DNA of 64,000 bases. It comes from Verrucomicrobiota bacterium (GTDB lineage Bacteria > Verrucomicrobiota > Verrucomicrobiia > Opitutales > Cerasicoccaceae). The notes below the pieces were generated by a model. That model made no database searches and was not told the origin of the DNA. It was given only the letters and a program-made list of their open reading frames with translations. Location: contig JBCBUK010000002.1 of NCBI GenBank assembly GCA_039818205.1, positions 320,001 to 384,000 of the forward strand. Direction: 5' to 3'. Every line of letters begins with the position of its first letter. Position 1 is the stretch's first letter. A program made the translations under genes and the position numbers. This document shows, one piece after another, positions 58,431-64,000 of the stretch.

Positions 58431-58595
58431 ATGAACAAGGAACAAACCACACGACTGATGCCGCGCCTGCGAGGCAGAGCTCTTACCCGTGCAAATCGCA
58501 ATCATGCGCCGCGGCGCCGCCTGGAGCATAATCTGGAAACCTATGGAGTCGGCCTGACTGCTTTTGCTTTTTTTGTCCGGTTAATTTTCAGATAA
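58431..58595 (+). CDS. Small hypothetical protein (54 aa, basic, C-terminal hydrophobic segment)
   Basis: AAGGAG RBS 7 nt upstream of the ATG, starting 4 nt after the regulator stop. Confidence 0.45.
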   Translation: MNKEQTTRLMPRLRGRALTRANRNHAPRRRLEHNLETYGVGLTAFAFFVRLIFR

Positions 58596-58604
58596 TTCCG
58601 AAAA
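58585..58604. promoter_or_regulatory. Palindromic operator 2 upstream of the DUF2071 gene
   Basis: TTTTCAGATAATTCCGAAAA; its reverse complement matches operator 1 at 16 of 20 positions. Confidence 0.65.
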
Positions 58605-58685
58605 TATAAAAATTATAAACTTTACTTTAAACGCTGCTACGACGATTCGACTCGCGTAGCGGAGAACTGCGGAGCCTGTAATCCG

Positions 58686-59438
58686 ATGTTAAAACAACTA
58701 GAAACAACTTTAGCCGAGGAGCGGTTAGCGCATGAGGGTGGCCCGCTGATGCGGGCCGCCTGGCGCGATGTATTAATGATCCATTTTCTGATCGATCCAG
58801 CTGAGCTCCAAGGCCATGTGCCCTTCGAACTCGATCTGTGCGAAGGCTGGGCGGTGGTAACCTTAGTTGCCTTCCGGATGGAGGAAATTCGATTGGAAGT
58901 AGCCATTGATTTCCCGAATTGGATTATGGCTCCAGCTGAACACACCTTTCTCAACGTGCGCACCTATGTGCGTGTTGGAGACGAGGAGGGGATCTTCTTT
59001 CTCAGCGAGTACGTGCCTAAGTTGTTGGCGCGTTTTATTGGGCCAGTTACATACGGACTGCCCTATCGATTCACCCAGATGAATTATCAGCACCACGGGG
59101 GTGGGCGCTGCTTCTTTGGCGATATCGGTCGTCGGGAAAAGTTGGTCTTTGCGGCAGAGTATGCGCTCGAAGCGACCGATGGTGAGGTCGACGAATTCGA
59201 CGACTTTGTCCACGAGCGGTACAATGCATTTACGCGTCGCCGCGGGGAAACGATTCGCTTTCGGGTCGCCCATCCCCGTTGGGAGATGCATCGAGCTCGG
59301 ATGCTCGCTTGGGAGGATGGGCTACTGGAACGGGACTTTCCATTCTGGGATCGAACGCAATTCGTAGCCGCGTTTTTCACCCCTGGATTCGACGATGTCG
59401 CATTGGGTGCTCCGGTTGTCCTCCGCGAAGAAAGGTAG
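58686..59438 (+). CDS. DUF2071 (YqjF) family protein
   Basis: WRDVLMIHF, FLNVRTYV, GIFFLS, YGLPY and VAHPRW motifs. Confidence 0.85.
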   Translation: MLKQLETTLAEERLAHEGGPLMRAAWRDVLMIHFLIDPAELQGHVPFELDLCEGWAVVTLVAFRMEEIRLEVAIDFPNWIMAPAEHTFLNVRTYVRVGDEEGIFFLSEYVPKLLARFIGPVTYGLPYRFTQMNYQHHGGGRCFFGDIGRREKLVFAAEYALEATDGEVDEFDDFVHERYNAFTRRRGETIRFRVAHPRWEMHRARMLAWEDGLLERDFPFWDRTQFVAAFFTPGFDDVALGAPVVLREER

Positions 59439-59440
59439 CT

Positions 59441-59872
59441 ATGGAAACGCATCATTGGATCATCTATTTGCTTTATTTTGCTGGGGCCGCGCAGATATTT
59501 GTCGCCCTCATTTACAACTGGGTGCGGCGCATCCTGGAGTGGGATGAGGCGATCGACTCTATGCCGACCACGCTGAATCGGCAGATTGCTCACACTTACA
59601 GCCGATACATCCAAGGGCTCAATTTTGCCTTTGGAGTCATCACGATTGCGTTGGCAGATAGCTTTCTCGAAGAGCCGCGATTTGGCGCTGCCATTGCCTT
59701 GCTGCTCTTAGTCTATTGGGGCGTGCGTTTCGTGATATCGCTGGCTTACTACGATATTCGAGCCATCGTCGCTCAGCGCCCACTCTATCGAATCGGAAAC
59801 ATCGGGTTTAGTGCGCTGTTTGCAATGGTTGCCGCAATCTACGGCGCCACGGCGTCGGCCATACTATTTTGA
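59441..59872 (+). CDS. Four-TM membrane hypothetical protein
   Basis: ATG 2 nt after the DUF2071 stop; LNRQIAHTYSRYI and four hydrophobic helices. Confidence 0.7.
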   Translation: METHHWIIYLLYFAGAAQIFVALIYNWVRRILEWDEAIDSMPTTLNRQIAHTYSRYIQGLNFAFGVITIALADSFLEEPRFGAAIALLLLVYWGVRFVISLAYYDIRAIVAQRPLYRIGNIGFSALFAMVAAIYGATASAILF

Positions 59873-62200
59873 ACGCCGCCGCCAGAACCAGAAGCCAATC
59901 AAGCCGCCGCCGAGTGCAAACAGCGCGTAGGTCGATGGTTCGGGGACCGGCGTAAACACGAGCTGGAGCGTGTTACTATCGGCTAGTAGCGAAAAGTCAC
60001 CTTGCAGGTAATTGGGGTTCAGGATGAACAGGCCATTGTCCTGTAAACTCTGCGTGGCGAAGGCCACATCCCACGAGTGCGCTGAATTCCAGAAGGTATT
60101 ACCAGAATCTGGATCGGCGACGTCGACGAAATCGAGTGAGATGATTGAAAAAGTCTGGAATACGATGTTTTGGCCGAAAACCTGATCCCAATCGATTCCG
60201 GGCTGACCATCCTGGTTGTTGTCAGTGAGGTTCAGGAGCTGCCACGCATAGGTCGTGTTGGCATCGACCGTTAGGTTGCCCGATACGCCTAAGATCCCGG
60301 CAAAATCACCCGGTTCCAGGGATCCGTTGATAATTGCGACATTACCCAAAATGGTTCCGTTGCCGCTTAATGCGCCGCCATCGAGGTTGATGGTGCCCGT
60401 CGTCGAGATCAAACCGCCGCTACTCACGCGTAGATCGACGTTGGTTAAGGTTGGAGACGCCGTGCCGAATAGAATCTGTCCATTATCGGTTGCCTCGATG
60501 AATGAGGTCAGGTTGCCACCGTGCTCCATCGTCGAGAGGGAAGCAAGGTTGACCGCACTGCCAGTTCCGTTGGCCGTGATTGAGGTCTTACTGGGATTGA
60601 TCGTGGTGACCCCGCCCAGATCAACGATGCCACCGTTTGTGGCCGAAATGTTAAGGCGGGTGCTCGCGGCGGTGTTCCCAGTCATCGTAGTGACAGTGCT
60701 CAAATCAATCGCACTGCCGGTTCCGTCGGCGTTGATCGTGGTATTCACGAAGCCCGTGAACCCATTGTAGGAACTAATGCTGGGAACGGAAATGGAGCCT
60801 CCATTGATGGCGCTCAGGCTCGAACCATTGATATTGAGGAAGGTGCTGAGGTTGACGGAGGTGCCGTCAATATTCAGGCCCCCGTCGAGCCACTCTGAGA
60901 ATGCGGCGAGGTCGACGATGCCCGTGCCATCGTATTCCAGATCGAAGAACTGTACCGTAATGTTGTTTTGGCCAAAGGAAATTTCGCCGCCGTTGGTTGC
61001 TTGAATCAAGCCGCCAACGTTACCGGTATTGACCATCGAGTTGACATTGGACAGGTCGATACGGCTTCCAATGCCATCAGCGGTAAAGCGCGTGCTACCA
61101 CCATCGATTATTTGCAATCCGCTCAGGTCAACTAGGCCACCGTCAAATGCCTGAAACCGACCCCGCGTGCTGGCGGCGGTGTTTCCGGTGATGGTCATGA
61201 CTTGATCCATGAGGATGGTCGAAGACGTTCCGTTGGCTTCGATGTTGGTATTCAGGAACGCGGTGCCACTATTGTAGTCAGTGAGGGTGCTCAGGTCGAC
61301 AAAGGCTCCGTTTAAAGCCCGAAAACCAGTGCCATCAGCATTGACCAAACTAGAGAAAATTCCGGTATTCCCGTCGAACGTTGCCGTTCCACCATTGTAG
61401 TTCACAATGCCGTCGACATCCAAGGTTGAGGTGCTGTCGAGCGTGATGTTTGTCGTTACTAGATCAATGCCAGCAAGCGGCAGGAGAATGCTGCCTCCAT
61501 TGGTTGCATGGAGCCCAGAATTGGTGTTCCCGGTATGGTTCAGTGATTGAAAATTCGACAGGTCAATCTGGCTGCCAATCCCATCTGCAGTAAACGAAAC
61601 CCGTCCATTGGCGACGGTGTTCAAATTGAAAAGATCGATGGAGCCTCCGCTTGATGCCGTGACTCGAGTGACCACGCTGGCGGCTGTTCCGCCCGTCATG
61701 GTTATCATGCTGGACAGATCAAGGAACGATCCATCACCCGTCGCCTCCAGGCGATTGGCCACGAAAGCTGTGGTGTTCACATAGCTCGCGACATTGGGCG
61801 CGAACAGCTGACCGCCATTTCTGACGAACACATCAGCCTGATCGAAGCTCGTCGTTCCCGAAAATGTTACGATCCCGGCGTCTACAATCAGATCCGTGAG
61901 CGAACCCGTGGAAAAGCTACCGTTAATCGCCGAATCGCCAAAAAGAGATAAACTACCGCTATTCAGCACCAGATCGTTCTGGGCGGTAAGTGTGCCGGCC
62001 TGCGCGCCAGAGTCGATGCTAACGGTCAGCGCAACTTCTTGGGAAATGGTAACATCATCAACATTCGTTGGTACCGTTCCGGTACTCCAATTTGTCGTGG
62101 TTTCCCAGTCGCCGTCGACCGGGTTGATCCAATCGATAGCTACGCCCGGTAGCGACGATGTCACCACCAAGTAAGCCAAAATGGGAGAGCAGCCCTTCAT
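59864..62200 (-). CDS. PEP-CTERM surface protein with beta-helix-type repeats
   Basis: Signal peptide, W...NWS.G.VP N-terminal motif, G/N/T/S-rich repeats, VPEPSTYALFALGGGLIGFWFWRRRSK sorting signal. Confidence 0.92.
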   Translation of the reverse strand: MKGCSPILAYLVVTSSLPGVAIDWINPVDGDWETTTNWSTGTVPTNVDDVTISQEVALTVSIDSGAQAGTLTAQNDLVLNSGSLSLFGDSAINGSFSTGSLTDLIVDAGIVTFSGTTSFDQADVFVRNGGQLFAPNVASYVNTTAFVANRLEATGDGSFLDLSSMITMTGGTAASVVTRVTASSGGSIDLFNLNTVANGRVSFTADGIGSQIDLSNFQSLNHTGNTNSGLHATNGGSILLPLAGIDLVTTNITLDSTSTLDVDGIVNYNGGTATFDGNTGIFSSLVNADGTGFRALNGAFVDLSTLTDYNSGTAFLNTNIEANGTSSTILMDQVMTITGNTAASTRGRFQAFDGGLVDLSGLQIIDGGSTRFTADGIGSRIDLSNVNSMVNTGNVGGLIQATNGGEISFGQNNITVQFFDLEYDGTGIVDLAAFSEWLDGGLNIDGTSVNLSTFLNINGSSLSAINGGSISVPSISSYNGFTGFVNTTINADGTGSAIDLSTVTTMTGNTAASTRLNISATNGGIVDLGGVTTINPSKTSITANGTGSAVNLASLSTMEHGGNLTSFIEATDNGQILFGTASPTLTNVDLRVSSGGLISTTGTINLDGGALSGNGTILGNVAIINGSLEPGDFAGILGVSGNLTVDANTTYAWQLLNLTDNNQDGQPGIDWDQVFGQNIVFQTFSIISLDFVDVADPDSGNTFWNSAHSWDVAFATQSLQDNGLFILNPNYLQGDFSLLADSNTLQLVFTPVPEPSTYALFALGGGLIGFWFWRRRSK

Positions 62201-62266
62201 AGTAGATAGGCTGACATGCTATCCGACGAGAGCTGCAGGTCAATTGCGAATAAATGAGGTTCCGAC

Positions 62267-64000
62267 CTAGGCCCGGCGGCGACGGCGCATCCACCAGAGA
62301 ATCATACCGCCGCCAAGCGCCATCAGCAGGTAGGTGGATGGCTCGGGAACCGGCGTGAAATTCGCCAGAATGATTTGATTCTGATTGAACGGACTGCTTG
62401 GACCGTAGAAGAGTTGCGCGGACCACAAGGCGTTGTCGCTCAGAATGGACGAGCCATTGGCGAAGTCGAGGTTGCCGGTCAGGAAGGTACTGGAAAGGAC
62501 GATGAAGGAGTCGGCTGGATCAGGCGAGAAGCCGTTAGTCACGTCAAAACGAATGTCGCCACCGAGGACTGCATTGCCCATCACGTGGACGTAGTCGAAG
62601 TCCATCCCGGCAACGAAACCGCCAATTTCGAAATACATGGACGAGGTGCTCGAAAGGGTGAGGTTGCCGGTGATGTCGAGTTGGCCCGGAGAGCTGCCTG
62701 GCGAAATCAATCCATCGTTGAAAACGTCTCCAACGATATTGCCGGAGCCACCAATTGTGCCCGCCTGGTTAAAGATTCCGGTGGTTGCGCTGAGCGTGCC
62801 GTCCACCAGTGTCGCACCGCCATTGGTTTGGGTGTAGCTGCCGGTGATTGCCGATTGGCTGCCCGAGGCGATTTCGTGAAGCCCCCCATCGTTGGTGACA
62901 TTTTCCTGGAAGAGGAATCCACCGGTTCCAGTGGCTCGGAGAACGCCGTTGCTAACGAAAGTCGGGTCGGTCGTGTTGACGTTTAATGCAGTCGTGCCGG
63001 ACGCCTCAATGGTGCCACTGTTGACTAGGCTGATTCCAGTGATAAAGCCGCCGCCACGAATCGTATTGTCCGTGTTGATCAGTGCGTTTCCAGTGGTCAC
63101 TCCGTTGATGCGAGACTGAGGGTCGTCGGCCAGGTTGATAAAGCCGCCGCCGGTCAAGTTTGCACCCGCATTTCCTACCGAAAGATTGGTGGTAAAATTC
63201 GCTCCGTTCACATTGATTTCACGGAAATTCCCGATGAGGCCCTCAAGGATTAGCGAGTTCCCATTTTGAATATCGAATGGGGCGAAGATGTTGAGGTTCT
63301 GTAGCGTGGCGGTTCCATTGGTGCGGAAGCGTCCATCGTCGAGTGGGTTGGAGTTTAAATCGATCGCGGCAAGGTCACCGCCAATGATCGTGCTCGTACC
63401 AATTGTCACGGTTGCGCCATCCTCAGCCCCGATGTAGCCCAGTGTTGAGTTCTCCTGATTGGTGATCGTGCTGCCAGTAATGTTAAGCACGCTACCGGCG
63501 CGGACTTCAATTCCTCCCGCATTGACCATGCCCAGTGTATTGGAAACGTCGAGCGTGGCAGCGTTGGAACCGGTAATTTCGATCAAACTACGGTTGATGA
63601 TGCCGAGGGAGTTCGCACCGATTGATCCGCTACCGGTGATTACATTGTCTTCGTTGATCAGGAGGGAAGTGGCGGCGCTATTGCCAGAAATTCGGGCTTG
63701 CGGGTCGTTGGCCAGGAGAACGCGGCCTCCACCGTTGAGGGTTACTGGGCCAGAAATCTGAAGGCTGGTATTTCCGGTTGTTCCAAGGATGCGGATCTCG
63801 TGGGTGTTGTTGATTTCGTTGACCAAGGTCAATGTGTTGCCATTGGAAATCTCGTAATCGGCTTGTAGATTGAGATCCTGCAACGTCGTTGGTCCGATTG
63901 CGCGAAAGACGCCGTCATCTAAGGGGTCGAAATTACTGTCAAGTGCGACGAGGTCACCATCGATGATGGTGGCGCTGGTGGTATTGATGACGCCGCCTTC
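62267..64000 (-). CDS. PEP-CTERM surface protein; 5'-truncated by the window edge
   Basis: Frame open to 64000; ISPGSSPG.L motif; VPEPSTYLLMALGGGMILWWMRRRRRA sorting signal. Confidence 0.92.
   Translation of the reverse strand, partial: EGGVINTTSATIIDGDLVALDSNFDPLDDGVFRAIGPTTLQDLNLQADYEISNGNTLTLVNEINNTHEIRILGTTGNTSLQISGPVTLNGGGRVLLANDPQARISGNSAATSLLINEDNVITGSGSIGANSLGIINRSLIEITGSNAATLDVSNTLGMVNAGGIEVRAGSVLNITGSTITNQENSTLGYIGAEDGATVTIGTSTIIGGDLAAIDLNSNPLDDGRFRTNGTATLQNLNIFAPFDIQNGNSLILEGLIGNFREINVNGANFTTNLSVGNAGANLTGGGFINLADDPQSRINGVTTGNALINTDNTIRGGGFITGISLVNSGTIEASGTTALNVNTTDPTFVSNGVLRATGTGGFLFQENVTNDGGLHEIASGSQSAITGSYTQTNGGATLVDGTLSATTGIFNQAGTIGGSGNIVGDVFNDGLISPGSSPGQLDITGNLTLSSTSSMYFEIGGFVAGMDFDYVHVMGNAVLGGDIRFDVTNGFSPDPADSFIVLSSTFLTGNLDFANGSSILSDNALWSAQLFYGPSSPFNQNQIILANFTPVPEPSTYLLMALGGGMILWWMRRRRRA

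Overview
Bacterial chromosomal window, probably from a verrucomicrobium (Opitutales-like). This is inferred from the PEP-CTERM proteins, an EpsI-family exosortase partner, DUF1553/DUF1501 planctomycete-type cytochrome genes and an SHD1-domain protein. Bases 1-13.8 kb are a surface-glycan locus: nucleotide-sugar dehydrogenase, PglC/PglD/PglE/PglF-like genes, GalE and UDP-xylose synthase. Embedded in it is an ACP / acyl-CoA ligase / Fe-alcohol dehydrogenase / LuxE-LuxC fusion cassette in the gene order of the Vibrio cholerae O1 tetronate genes wbeKLMN. Next come an NHL + cytochrome c-LRR + DUF1501 + DUF1553 module, an ExeA ATPase with two GspB-like proline-rich proteins, and housekeeping genes (ftsB-like, ymdB, lepB, ilvB, cydAB, suhB-like, rnpA, yidD, UDG, PPi-type PEPCK). 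Also present are a cp-ATP-grasp/alpha-E/transglutaminase operon, a BPH-type proteasome homolog with atypical active-site residues, and a coupled MnmC-oxidase-like + MnmM-like pair. The window ends with a GbsR-type regulator with two visible operators and two PEP-CTERM proteins. A ~1.55 kb methyltransferase cassette is bracketed by two inverted 79-bp copies of an IS630-like left end. No rRNA, tRNA or CRISPR array was seen. All family calls come from motif recognition by eye, not from database searches.
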